IMG/VR virus record: IMGVR_UViG_3300037205_000062
Location: 64,001-128,000 of that record
Source of the DNA: a virus
Strand: one strand, 5' to 3'
Length of the DNA: 64,000 nucleotides
The notes under the pieces are model-generated. The model saw only the letters and a program-made list of their open reading frames with translations, did not search any database and had not been told where the DNA came from. Both the position numbers and the translations under genes were made by a program. Each line of letters begins with the position of its first letter. Position 1 is the stretch's first letter. Below, in pieces: positions 19,297-29,495 of the stretch.

Positions 19297-21626
19297 GAGA
19301 TTTTGTATGTTTGATTTTTACAAATTCTAGCAATAGTTGAGATACTAACATTATAAAATTTAGCTATATTTGTAAAACTATCTCCACTTTTACTTCTTTG
19401 TCTAATATCAATAATTTCATTATCTTGAAATTTGGAAGCGTAATGTTCTGAACCATAATAAACTTTTAGGTTCAGTGATGGATGACTTAATCCAGTTTTT
19501 ACTGCATGTATATTATTTTGTTTAATAGTTACCCATTCTAAATTATCTATTCTATTGTCTGTTTTAATTCCATTTTTATGATTAATACAAGGTAAATTTT
19601 GTGGATTTGGTAAAAATGCTTGAGCGACTAATCTATGAATAAAATATTTTTTAATATTTTGTTTGTGTTTTATTTCTACCCTTAAATATCCATCTTTATC
19701 TAAATACGGAGTTAAAGTCTTACCCCCGTAAAATCTATTATTACCACATTTTCTAGGTAAACTAATAATAGTTCCTAGATTAGATATTTTGTATAATCCC
19801 TCAAAACCTAGAACGCCTCTGAATATTTCCTGTTTTTCATCGGTGACAATTTCTAAATTATTATCTAAAATTTCTTGAATAGATTTCATTTCCACATTAT
19901 TAGTAAGAAATTTGTGTTTAAGTGAACAAATAATTTCTCTATCATCTGATAAAATAATCTGAAATAACTCTTGTTCTCCGTATATTTTGTCTTTAACTTC
20001 TACTTGTATATTACATTGGTTAATAGCATCAAATGAAGTAATATTATCTCCAATATTGATTAAAGACAGTGGTTTATATCCATGTCGAGTAGTAATAATA
20101 GTGTCTGGATGCAAACATTTATTAAAAGAATAGTCCGCGCTGGCTATAAGAGCATCCCAATAAAATTTTGCAGATTTTGGTATTCCTAATTTTTGCCCTT
20201 GATTATAAATAATATCCTTATATTTATTCATATCATCAATTTTCTTTTTACCGCAAGCACGACGAATTTGTTCGGCATCATCCAGCGTTAATTCAAAAAC
20301 TTCTTTGGCGATTTGCATCAGTGTCTCTTGATACAAAATAATACCACCAGTTTCAGCCATAATTTTCTTTAATTTATCGCTTTCTATATCAAAATTAGGC
20401 ACTTCTCCACTATTAGTATAATGTGCATAATCGTCAATAAATGCCATACTTCCAGGGCGAGCTAAGGCCAGAATAGCACTTAGTTCATTAAAATTATGTG
20501 GTTTGACTTTTTGAGTAGTTTTGAAACCGAGATCAGCTTCAATTTGGAATAATCCATGAGGATATTTAAGATTTTGTAAATGTTCATACGTTGATTTATC
20601 AGCTACATCAATATCTTCGACATTGATTTTTAACATCTTACACACATCATCTACTACAGATACTCCTCTAAGTCCTAAAATATCTACTTTAAGAGAAAAT
20701 AAAGACACTTGGTTCATGTCATATGAAGAAACCAAGTCTTTATCAGACGATAATTCTACTGGACAAATATCTTCTAGTTTGTCGTAAGAAATCATAATAC
20801 CAGAAGGATGTACTCCCTTATTTTTAATAAGGTCTTTTAACTTCATGGCTATATCATAAGTTTCTTTATTCGCATTACACCAATCTCTAAATTCACTAAC
20901 ACTCGCATAAGCTTTGTCTAGGTCTTCAATTTGTCCGTGTATTTTTGGAATCATGCTCGTAACATGAGTCATTTCTTCTTCTGGTTTTGCGCCAAAGATT
21001 TTGCCGACTTCTTTAATAACTAACTTAGAAGATAAAGTATTAAATGTAAGAATTTTAGCGGTCTTACCTTGGTATTTGTCGTTGATGTATTTTAGAACTT
21101 CTTGACGGCGATAGTAATCCACGTCGCAGTCGATGTCGGGGCAGAGTGAACCATCAAGATAATCTACTCCATTAATGGTTGTTTTTCTTGCTCTAATTTT
21201 AGATATAAATCTCTCAAAATATAATCCATATTTTATAGGATTGATTTTTGTTATGCCTATAAAAAATACAACTAAACTACCAGCGGCAGACCCTCTCCCA
21301 AGTCCAGTTGGTATATTGTTTTTACTACAAAAATTAATAATATCCCAAACCAAGAGAAGATAATCAGTAAATCCTAATTCTTTAATAATTTCCAATTCAT
21401 ATTTTACTCTCTCTGAATATTCTTTATATTCATTTGAATTCTTTTGTAAATTTAATTTCTTAAAACCAATTAAACATAAATGTCTTAAAAAATCAAAATT
21501 AGACATGTCTTTTTCAATAGAGAATTGTTTTTTATATTCCTCGGTGACAATAAATTCTGGTAGTCTAACCCCAAGAATAGGTATTTTAATTGACTCAAAT
21601 TGCTCAATAAATTCAGTTGGTTTCAT
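19293..21626 (-). CDS. dnaE: DNA polymerase III alpha catalytic part + split intein N-half + in-frame NUMOD4-HNH endonuclease
   Basis: GRGSAAGSLV, PDIDCD, HPSG, KVDILGL; YSFNK|CLHPDT (intein start 20117); later EGLYKISNLG, IHRLVAQAF...INHKNGIKTDNRIDNLEW and a terminal HTH. Confidence 0.92.
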   Translation of the reverse strand: MKPTEFIEQFESIKIPILGVRLPEFIVTEEYKKQFSIEKDMSNFDFLRHLCLIGFKKLNLQKNSNEYKEYSERVKYELEIIKELGFTDYLLLVWDIINFCSKNNIPTGLGRGSAAGSLVVFFIGITKINPIKYGLYFERFISKIRARKTTINGVDYLDGSLCPDIDCDVDYYRRQEVLKYINDKYQGKTAKILTFNTLSSKLVIKEVGKIFGAKPEEEMTHVTSMIPKIHGQIEDLDKAYASVSEFRDWCNANKETYDIAMKLKDLIKNKGVHPSGIMISYDKLEDICPVELSSDKDLVSSYDMNQVSLFSLKVDILGLRGVSVVDDVCKMLKINVEDIDVADKSTYEHLQNLKYPHGLFQIEADLGFKTTQKVKPHNFNELSAILALARPGSMAFIDDYAHYTNSGEVPNFDIESDKLKKIMAETGGIILYQETLMQIAKEVFELTLDDAEQIRRACGKKKIDDMNKYKDIIYNQGQKLGIPKSAKFYWDALIASADYSFNKCLHPDTIITTRHGYKPLSLINIGDNITSFDAINQCNIQVEVKDKIYGEQELFQIILSDDREIICSLKHKFLTNNVEMKSIQEILDNNLEIVTDEKQEIFRGVLGFEGLYKISNLGTIISLPRKCGNNRFYGGKTLTPYLDKDGYLRVEIKHKQNIKKYFIHRLVAQAFLPNPQNLPCINHKNGIKTDNRIDNLEWVTIKQNNIHAVKTGLSHPSLNLKVYYGSEHYASKFQDNEIIDIRQRSKSGDSFTNIAKFYNVSISTIARICKNQTYKIS

Positions 21627-22434
21627 TTGCTTTTAATAATCTAAAAATTTCTTCAAATTTACCTTTTTTTCTTTTAAGGAAAATCGAAGCGTCATTATAA
21701 AGATAATAGTATATCTTTTGTATTTTGTCAATCTTATTCCCTCCAATACTTAAATAACATAATTTTTTATTATCCTGCTCCAAAGATAACTTTAAAAATG
21801 AAATTGATGATTCTATATTTTCCCCAAGTATGTTTTGGATAGATTGGTTGAACGGTATGGTGCTAATAAATGAAGTTCTCCATTTTATATAACCATATTT
21901 CTTATCTATACTATAATTAATAGAACCATCTCCATCAAAAAATCCCCTAATAAAATGTGGCAATAAATTTTTTGGAACCTGTTCTAAAGTTGGAAATTTT
22001 AATGTTAGACTTTTCTTATGCCCACATCCCTGCTTTAATAAATCATTATATAACTGTTTGTTATTGATACAAAATCTCATATAACCTCTATCATTTACGA
22101 ATGCATGGGCAGAACCTATTGCTTTTTTAAAATCTTTTAAAATATGAAAATCTTTTTTATGTAAAGTTAATTTCATAGAATTATGAGTAATTGACCCATC
22201 TGCATAAAGAAATCCAAGAAAATAAGCCTTTGCCTCGTTATCTATTTTAGAAAAAAAACTATAGTCACAATCTTTAACTATGTGAGATTTTGATAAATCT
22301 CTAATTGATATATTATTACGTCGAAACATAGTATGAATCCATGCTGAATTCCATCCATATTTTTTCCCTAATTGTTGTAAAGATAGACCTTTATTATAAT
22401 CTTCTTCTAAAATTTTAAGTTCTTGTTGTGTCAT
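21613..22434 (-). CDS. Free-standing LAGLIDADG homing endonuclease
   Basis: AYFLGFLYADGSI and HFIRGFFDGDGSI motifs. Confidence 0.9.
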   Translation of the reverse strand: MTQQELKILEEDYNKGLSLQQLGKKYGWNSAWIHTMFRRNNISIRDLSKSHIVKDCDYSFFSKIDNEAKAYFLGFLYADGSITHNSMKLTLHKKDFHILKDFKKAIGSAHAFVNDRGYMRFCINNKQLYNDLLKQGCGHKKSLTLKFPTLEQVPKNLLPHFIRGFFDGDGSINYSIDKKYGYIKWRTSFISTIPFNQSIQNILGENIESSISFLKLSLEQDNKKLCYLSIGGNKIDKIQKIYYYLYNDASIFLKRKKGKFEEIFRLLKANETN

Positions 22435-22469
22435 ATATTATATTACACTTATTTTGACCGAGACGTATG

Positions 22470-22703
22470 TTATTTGTTATTTCTTACTTCTACAAAATTA
22501 CTTGTTGTAAAATCATTCAATATATGATTATTTTTATCGAAAAGAGTCCATCTATTTCCATTAACTTGATAGTGGTCGCATTGATAAGTTATTAATTGTC
22601 CCCAATGGTGTTGCCAAACCGTATAATGGTTTTCATTCCCACATCCTAATATAACAAAAGATATAATTAAAAATATACAAATATATAAAATTTTATTTTT
22701 CAT
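22470..22703 (-). CDS. Small putative lipoprotein
   Basis: Basic N-terminus, hydrophobic helix, ILGC lipobox-like motif. Confidence 0.5.
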   Translation of the reverse strand: MKNKILYICIFLIISFVILGCGNENHYTVWQHHWGQLITYQCDHYQVNGNRWTLFDKNNHILNDFTTSNFVEVRNNK

Positions 22704-23347
22704 AGTTCAATCTGAAACTTGAGTTTATCCCATACCGCCTTATTTATCTCAAGGTCGTAAGTTGCATTATGTAATTTGCTTTCGTCTAAATCAATTCCAA
22801 ATTCTTTAGCTAAAGTTGATAAACTAGTTTTTATTCCTTTGACAACAGCATTACTATAACGATATTGATAATCAATAAAACTTCCTTGTTTTGAATTATA
22901 GGGAACTCCCATTTTAATACCTTGGGCAATAGCTTTAGTATCAATGATTTTTGGTAATATCCATTTCCAAGGAACTCCCATAAATTCAGCATAACCTTTT
23001 AATAAATATATATCAAATCTTAAAATATTATGCCCCATAATATAATCGCAATTTTTTAGATCATTCCAGAATATAGAAAAGGCTTCTTTGGGTTGAATAG
23101 CGATTCTTTTATGTTCTTCTTGATTAAAATGAGTAATTCGCGCAGCTTCAAATCCTATTTTTAAATTAGGTGCAACTTTACTCCAATCAATTCTAATATC
23201 TTTTTCACTTGTATTATTACCTTGAAAATTAAGAATACTTACTTGCCAAGGTCTATTAAATCTAAATGAAAGATTCAAATTAAATGTCTCCACGTCGCAC
23301 AAGCAGAACTTAACTTCTTTGTTATATCTAAGTAAATTACCATTCAT
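22700..23347 (-). CDS. DEDDh 3'-5' exonuclease (DnaQ/epsilon-like)
   Basis: CDVET, GHNILRFD, LHNATYD. Confidence 0.88.
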   Translation of the reverse strand: MNGNLLRYNKEVKFCLCDVETFNLNLSFRFNRPWQVSILNFQGNNTSEKDIRIDWSKVAPNLKIGFEAARITHFNQEEHKRIAIQPKEAFSIFWNDLKNCDYIMGHNILRFDIYLLKGYAEFMGVPWKWILPKIIDTKAIAQGIKMGVPYNSKQGSFIDYQYRYSNAVVKGIKTSLSTLAKEFGIDLDESKLHNATYDLEINKAVWDKLKFQIEL

Positions 23348-23349
23348 AA

Positions 23350-23673
23350 TTATTTAGCTGGAATAATAAGTTTTTTACCTTGGTCTGGATTTTGAGATTG
23401 CCCCTTAGATAAAACTGTAGCCGACGCTTTCAATAGATTAGTAATTATTTGTTCTGGGGTACCAGTAAAAACCGCATGACCCAATGGAATTGAGGAACCC
23501 TTTTCTCCATTTTGATTAATGGTCCAAAATGATGATTGTATAGCCATCTTGCCAATAGGAGCATTGACTATACTAACGATAAGATTATTATTATCTTTTA
23601 TATCAAACTGACTAATTGTTATTTCGACTGGATTTTGTTTTGTTACTGGTGTTGTATTATGTATATTTTCCAT
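23350..23673 (-). CDS. Hypothetical protein
   Basis: 107-aa ORF tightly packed in the operon. Confidence 0.6.
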   Translation of the reverse strand: MENIHNTTPVTKQNPVEITISQFDIKDNNNLIVSIVNAPIGKMAIQSSFWTINQNGEKGSSIPLGHAVFTGTPEQIITNLLKASATVLSKGQSQNPDQGKKLIIPAK

Positions 23674-23674
23674 A

Positions 23675-24445
23675 TTATTTTATTAATTTTTCAAAATTAA
23701 AAGTATCACTACATAGATGCGATAATTCAGGACGTTCACATGTAGATTTTTTTGCCGAACCTCTTGCGTGAATACATCGAAAAGTAAGATAAGCGGGAAA
23801 ATCTTCGGGCTTATTATAATAGACGCTTTGGGTATCAAGAGTTTCAAAATTATTTTTGGCGCAATAATCTTCTACTTTTTCTAATAAAATATCATCAAAA
23901 GGTATATCATTAGTTTCCTTAAAAAATATAGGTTTAGTAAATGTAAAATCTGGAATATGTTTATGACTTTCTAAATTATTAAGATGTAAAAAAGAATCAT
24001 AAAATGGCACAGTTAACATAAGATTTGCTGTCCATAAACGTTTTAAATTTTTGAAATCTATAATTGGATAATAATAAAAACCATCTTGTGCCGCAAATGT
24101 CCAAATTTTAATTAAATCTTTATATCCTTTTGTATTCTTGACGAAAATAATATATTTAGCTTGTTTTGCGTCACTATCATCGTTCTTAATTAAGACATCG
24201 TCTGTAATTGAGATACGAAGACCGAAAATTAATTTAATATTATTATTTGCGGCATTTTTACTAGCTTCAAGCAAAGAACTTACATTATCTTCGACAAGAG
24301 TAAGGGTTTTTTGATTATGTTTTTGTAAAATATAGAAAATAGAGTTTTCATTAGGTTTCTTTTCTTTATTAAAGGGGGTATCTAAATTAAAAATTGATTT
24401 TCCAATTGAATAATGCGATTTCCACAAAGCAAGGACTTTATCCAT
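23675..24445 (-). CDS. Stand-alone PHP domain of DNA polymerase III alpha
   Basis: KSHYSIGKS...KLIFGLRI...KNTKGYKDLIKI...GFYYYPIIDF. Confidence 0.85.
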   Translation of the reverse strand: MDKVLALWKSHYSIGKSIFNLDTPFNKEKKPNENSIFYILQKHNQKTLTLVEDNVSSLLEASKNAANNNIKLIFGLRISITDDVLIKNDDSDAKQAKYIIFVKNTKGYKDLIKIWTFAAQDGFYYYPIIDFKNLKRLWTANLMLTVPFYDSFLHLNNLESHKHIPDFTFTKPIFFKETNDIPFDDILLEKVEDYCAKNNFETLDTQSVYYNKPEDFPAYLTFRCIHARGSAKKSTCERPELSHLCSDTFNFEKLIK

Positions 24446-24466
24446 ATAAGAATAATACTATAAGTT

Positions 24467-24919
24467 TTACTTTTTGTCAATCATTAATTCTGGATTTTCA
24501 AATATATTACCAATAATTTCACAAGTAGCAAACCCACGAGATACACAATAATCTTCTTCCCAAGTAAAATTTTGTAAAGCTCTTTTATTACCATTTGTGT
24601 GTTCTGGATGCGGTTCTATAGTGGCTATACCATCAAAACTAATCATAACCTCTGAAATATGCGGTTCTTTAGTTTCCCATGTATGATGAAGTTTAACTAT
24701 ATCTCCATCATAAATTTCTTTCCCATTCTTATCTTTAAGACCCGTAAACTGCTGGACAATATAGTTGTATTGATTAATTGGCGCGATATATTGCCCACTT
24801 AAATGAATAATTTCTCCATTTGTGCCGACTGCCATACCCATATATCCATATCTTTCTGGCCCAAAGAATCGGTTAGAATCTTTCATCCATATTCTAAATT
24901 TTATTTCTCTATTTTTCAT
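24467..24919 (-). CDS. YopX family protein (second paralog)
   Basis: MKNREIKFRIW...QFTGLKDKNGKEIYDGDIV...IIGNIFENPEL; start reassigned to ATG 24919. Confidence 0.88.
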   Translation of the reverse strand: MKNREIKFRIWMKDSNRFFGPERYGYMGMAVGTNGEIIHLSGQYIAPINQYNYIVQQFTGLKDKNGKEIYDGDIVKLHHTWETKEPHISEVMISFDGIATIEPHPEHTNGNKRALQNFTWEEDYCVSRGFATCEIIGNIFENPELMIDKK

Positions 24920-24923
24920 AATT

Positions 24924-25970
24924 TTAAAAATCCCAAATAGGAGTTTTTTTAACTTCCTTCTTAACTTCTGGCAACATATCTTGTAGTGGTTGGCGGTAGC
25001 GCGGACAACCATCAAAATGTCTTATTTCAATTGTCTCGTCATCTTTAGGTAGTAATTCTTCTTTTGTTAAAGCAGTTTTTGTAACTATACCGTCTTTAAT
25101 AAGAATAAAATAATCATATGGCCAGCGATACGGACAAGCATACATTTTTGTTCCATCTTTTTTTAATTGATTTGGAAATTTGCCCATTCCGCAGATTAGT
25201 TTGCCGCTAAAAGTAGTAGTTCCATACGCTTTGTCAGCCGCCATATTAGACGTAGCATCTTCTTTTGTAAAAGAATTTATCTTTTTTTGAATAAAACCCA
25301 AATATTCTTGAAATCCACTTGCAATGTTTTCATTAAAGGGGGTTTCTATAATTGGGTCTTCTGGAAATTGTAAAAAAATAAAACGAACAATTGGTTTTAA
25401 TTTTGGCCATAGTTTTGTAGCTATTAAAGCATAAGAAAATGCCTGAATATTTGCCGTAATTTCTTCTCCTTCGTATTTTTTCTTTGATGATTTATAGTCG
25501 TGGATAAGAATATTTTTGCCTTTCTTATGAATTTTATCAAGAAATCCTTTAAGACGAAAGGGTGGATTTTCATTAACATAATCAAATGCGTGTTCTATTC
25601 CAATTAATTTACCTCCATCTACAAAAAAGTCGTGTTTTAAAGCAACTAAAACCATTTTATCTATATGATTAAATGATTCATTTAATTTATTTGGTAATTT
25701 TAATTTAACTATTGATTCTTCAATTAATTTTTTAATAACCTCGGAAGACGAAATAGAATTGGAGGCAATTATTTTATCATATTCATCTTTATTCTTTGGC
25801 TCTAATAGAAATTCAAGGACATCGTGGACGCAACTACCCTTATTCGCGCCATTATTTGATGACTGCGGCGCTTTTAAAATATAGTTTGAATAATATATAT
25901 ATGAACAATTTTCAAATGTTTTTATGCGCGAAGCTGATAATGGTATATGTTCTATTGATTTATTTTCCAT
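24924..25970 (-). CDS. PD-(D/E)XK exonuclease (RecB/Cas4-like)
   Basis: LSASRIKTFENC, G..VHDVLE, E...LKGFLDKI...IHDYKS, Q..SY. Confidence 0.85.
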   Translation of the reverse strand: MENKSIEHIPLSASRIKTFENCSYIYYSNYILKAPQSSNNGANKGSCVHDVLEFLLEPKNKDEYDKIIASNSISSSEVIKKLIEESIVKLKLPNKLNESFNHIDKMVLVALKHDFFVDGGKLIGIEHAFDYVNENPPFRLKGFLDKIHKKGKNILIHDYKSSKKKYEGEEITANIQAFSYALIATKLWPKLKPIVRFIFLQFPEDPIIETPFNENIASGFQEYLGFIQKKINSFTKEDATSNMAADKAYGTTTFSGKLICGMGKFPNQLKKDGTKMYACPYRWPYDYFILIKDGIVTKTALTKEELLPKDDETIEIRHFDGCPRYRQPLQDMLPEVKKEVKKTPIWDF

Positions 25971-26757
25971 ATTGATTTAAATATTGTTTTTTATAACTAA
26001 TAGCCTCTTTAAGAGTTTTGAATTGTCCTAAATATATTGTTTTTTTGTTTAAAGTAAGTCGGACTCTCCATGATAACCTTTTCTTACAAAAATAAATGTT
26101 ACGCTCATATTCAGGGACAAACTTATATAAAGAATTTATAGTTTTCTTAAATAAAAATTTATTTTGTATCCATTTATTTCTTTTTATTTCAAAATTAATT
26201 AACGCTCTATTTCCAAATAAAAATAAAGCTAATTTGTCATACATAATGGCTGCTTTAATTTCAGAATTAAATGTTTTAGTATATTTTTTTCCCATACAAC
26301 ATATTTCTGAATAGTATCTTTTCTGCCTAGATTTAAACACGCCAATATATTTTTTGTTTGAATTTCTTCTTGTTAATTGTTGGTGTTTGGAAGATTTTCT
26401 TTTAGATTTCGGGCTTCTTTCAAAGAATGGTTGATATAATTCTAAATTATATCCATTTGGAGATATACATTTATATTCTTTTATATAAAACGACTCCTTT
26501 TCGGCACAATTTAAATTAGTAACATTTTCATCAATAATAATAAAAGAAAAATTTTTATTACCATATTTTTTTATAGCATACTCTATTGGGGTTCGTGGCC
26601 CTTTGCGCGCCTTGCTTTTGTGTTCAGTCCATCTTCTTAATGGATTTTTTGCAGAGGTTCTTCCGATATAAATCTTGTTATTAATTTGATTGATTATTTT
26701 GTATATTACCATATCTTTAATTACACTTGAATTTACCTTTTTACGCTCCATTTTCAT
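25960..26757 (-). CDS. GIY-YIG homing endonuclease with AP2-like DNA-binding domains
   Basis: VIYKIINQINNKIYIGRT...RW..H...NGYN; YIGV...AAIMYDKLA. Confidence 0.88.
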   Translation of the reverse strand: MKMERKKVNSSVIKDMVIYKIINQINNKIYIGRTSAKNPLRRWTEHKSKARKGPRTPIEYAIKKYGNKNFSFIIIDENVTNLNCAEKESFYIKEYKCISPNGYNLELYQPFFERSPKSKRKSSKHQQLTRRNSNKKYIGVFKSRQKRYYSEICCMGKKYTKTFNSEIKAAIMYDKLALFLFGNRALINFEIKRNKWIQNKFLFKKTINSLYKFVPEYERNIYFCKKRLSWRVRLTLNKKTIYLGQFKTLKEAISYKKQYLNQYGK

Positions 26758-27668
26758 TTAAATTTTTGTAAAAAGTTTTCTAATCCAGCCCTATCATTCT
26801 TTAACCATTCGTTAAAGTCTTTATGCTCTGGCGTAGTAATGTCAATTTGATTCTCATCAAAATAATTACATAGCTTCTCTTTAATTTCGAGGGCAGCGTC
26901 GTTTCCAACCATACCGTTACCTTGGTCATCGTTTAAGGCAACCGTAATCTTTTGCATATCCATTTTTAATAGAAACTCAATCATTTTTTCGCTTAAATCA
27001 ACCCCAAATATAACTAACACATTCCTAACGCCACATTCAAAAAGAGCAAGCATATCCCCAATAGATTCAACTAATATAACGCTTTTCTTCTTGACAATAT
27101 CTTGTTTGTTAATATGTAATGGATATAACCAATGAGATTTCTGCCCAATTAACTTCCATTTAGGAAAATCTGGATTATCTTTGAGAAGTCTTCCAGCAAA
27201 TCCGACTAATTCATCTTTAGAATTAAAGATAGGGAAAACGTAACGATTAGTCATTGATCCATTAAAAGTGATACCACCCTTAAATTGTTCAAGGACATTT
27301 GATGATATTCCTCTCTTTATCCAATAATCATGTTGTTTTATTAATCTTAACAACATATTTTTGTCAAAAGTTGTTTGCATTGTAATAAAAGAAACGTATT
27401 TTGTATCTTTTTTTTCTAAATCAATAGAGTTTTCTAATAAAATTTTTTCCGCATCTTCACATGAAGTAAGCTTTAAAGTTCTTTTAACTAAATCTTTTAA
27501 GTTTCCACCAGTTCTATCAGCGAAATCATAATATAAGCCTGTTTTTTTTTGAATCGAAACTACACTATTATTATCCGATTCTCTATATAATGGCTTTGTT
27601 CTCCATTCGTTTCCCATATCCTTAAGGACATATCCAAGTTTTTCTAAAACTGTTTGTATGTTATTCAT
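26754..27668 (-). CDS. DNA primase (Toprim)
   Basis: VFPIFN...GFAGR, LVESIGD, ALNDD, KDFNE. Confidence 0.85.
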   Translation of the reverse strand: MNNIQTVLEKLGYVLKDMGNEWRTKPLYRESDNNSVVSIQKKTGLYYDFADRTGGNLKDLVKRTLKLTSCEDAEKILLENSIDLEKKDTKYVSFITMQTTFDKNMLLRLIKQHDYWIKRGISSNVLEQFKGGITFNGSMTNRYVFPIFNSKDELVGFAGRLLKDNPDFPKWKLIGQKSHWLYPLHINKQDIVKKKSVILVESIGDMLALFECGVRNVLVIFGVDLSEKMIEFLLKMDMQKITVALNDDQGNGMVGNDAALEIKEKLCNYFDENQIDITTPEHKDFNEWLKNDRAGLENFLQKFK

Positions 27669-27669
27669 T

Positions 27670-29154
27670 TTATTCTAAAATAGTATCTTCTTCCTTGTCG
27701 GCATCAATAATTTTAAATTGGGCGTTTTGTCTAATAATACTATCCTTTAAGCTACCCTTTTCTTCAACTCTAAAATTATCAAAATTTAAATTAATATAAT
27801 TTTTAACATATTTAGTTTTCTTATCTGGAAATTTTCTTAAAATTAAATCTTGATGGCCAGCAGCATCTCTGCCCTGCCAACGAGAAACAGCTTCAATTAA
27901 TTTATGAGTTCCGCTACTAGGAGTATCTAAAATAATTTCTTCTGATACTTTTCGACGTAAAATACCAACATAAGAAGCATACCATGTAATACGATCAGAA
28001 ATACCAATAGAGCTTTCGTCATCAACCAATTCTGATATTTCGCGATTATTGGTAATACCACTTCTATTAGATTGAACGGCGGTTAAAATTGGGCAATCTA
28101 GTTCTTCCGCTAATTTTTTAAGCGCATCAACTTTGTCACCCATTAACTGATATTCTTGTTGATTATATGATAATTTATCCATCATTTTAATATAGTCAAA
28201 GCAAATTAGGCATTTGCCACCACGCTTTACTTTTTTTAGATACCAACGTCTAGCAATGGCAATAACTTCTTCAATTTTCTTATTACCAATAAAATAATGG
28301 TCAACATTATACTCTTGGTCAATAGTTTTAAGTGCTTGTCTAACTTTTTCTGTAAATTCTTTATTTTTTCTCCAATTACCCGTTTCAATATACCATAAAC
28401 CAACTCCACTCTTCGCAGCAATAGTTCTAAACTGAATTTCTCTAGTTGACATTTCTGTATCTAAGATTAGAACTGGCATTTTATGAATACGACTCATTTC
28501 AGATGAAATTTCGCTCAACAAAGTACTTTTGCCCGCCTTGGCGCGTGAAGCAATAATATAAAGGTTCTTGGGGCGTAAACCTCCATAAAGGCGATTAAAC
28601 TCTGGAAATTGGGTTGAGATACCAACTTCCTCAATAGGGTTATTACCAAGTTCTTCTGCCAAATCAGATAAACCAGAGAAAAGATGCTGCTCTCCTATAT
28701 CAATTGAGTAGTTATTTAACTTATTCGCATAAATACCATCAATTTCTGTAATTGTTTTAGAAAGGTCTTGAGGAACTGATTTTTTAACGTGATTTTGAAT
28801 ATCTTGACAAACTAAATCAATATCTCTTAAAACTCTAAGTTTGACTAATTCTTGACAAGCTTGAATGGTGGCATCGGAAGTAATTGGGGTAAAAGAAATA
28901 GAATCAATATAATCAAAAATATTAATATCATCTTTAAATGATATACCTAAATTTTTAATCTCTTGAGCTAGTAATACTTTATCTATTTTTTTATTTTTTA
29001 ACGAAAAGGATTTGATACAAGAGAAAATAACATTATGAGGTTCAGCGGTAAAATCATATTCAGATACAAACCTTTCAATATCAGAAAAAACTTGTGGATT
29101 TTGAATTAATCCCCCTAACACATGTTTTTCCACCTGAATAGATTTTAATGACAT
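27670..29154 (-). CDS. dnaB: Replicative DNA helicase
   Basis: ASRAKAGKS Walker A, DTEM, FDYI, AVQSNR. Confidence 0.92.
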   Translation of the reverse strand: MSLKSIQVEKHVLGGLIQNPQVFSDIERFVSEYDFTAEPHNVIFSCIKSFSLKNKKIDKVLLAQEIKNLGISFKDDINIFDYIDSISFTPITSDATIQACQELVKLRVLRDIDLVCQDIQNHVKKSVPQDLSKTITEIDGIYANKLNNYSIDIGEQHLFSGLSDLAEELGNNPIEEVGISTQFPEFNRLYGGLRPKNLYIIASRAKAGKSTLLSEISSEMSRIHKMPVLILDTEMSTREIQFRTIAAKSGVGLWYIETGNWRKNKEFTEKVRQALKTIDQEYNVDHYFIGNKKIEEVIAIARRWYLKKVKRGGKCLICFDYIKMMDKLSYNQQEYQLMGDKVDALKKLAEELDCPILTAVQSNRSGITNNREISELVDDESSIGISDRITWYASYVGILRRKVSEEIILDTPSSGTHKLIEAVSRWQGRDAAGHQDLILRKFPDKKTKYVKNYINLNFDNFRVEEKGSLKDSIIRQNAQFKIIDADKEEDTILE

Positions 29155-29192
29155 ATCTTATGATAAGATATGCTTAATATTTTGTCAAGTTA

Positions 29193-29474
29193 TTATTCTT
29201 CTTCATTTGATTCATCAGATTCGTCAGGTGGATTTTGATAGGAATTTAATTGATTTTTAGCGTTTTCTATATTTAGTTGGCGTAAAGCATCAACACAGTT
29301 ATTTAAATAGTTTTGCATTGCTAATGAATGAACTGTTGTATCAAAACTCATAACATGTTCTGGGGAACCCTCTTTAGAATTAAAATAAAATAGAATAAAA
29401 CCCCCAACAGTATACTCATTAAGTTGATTTAACACCTCTATAGGCATCCTACCATTATTGGATTCTTGATCCAT
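29193..29474 (-). CDS. Hypothetical protein
   Basis: 93-aa ORF with acidic tail. Confidence 0.6.
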   Translation of the reverse strand: MDQESNNGRMPIEVLNQLNEYTVGGFILFYFNSKEGSPEHVMSFDTTVHSLAMQNYLNNCVDALRQLNIENAKNQLNSYQNPPDESDESNEEE

Positions 29475-29495
29475 ATATAGTTATTTACACTTATA

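Noticed and set aside
24924-25970. CRISPR-associated Cas4
   Set aside because: It sits in the replication operon with no cas1 or array; a phage PD-(D/E)XK exonuclease is the simpler call.
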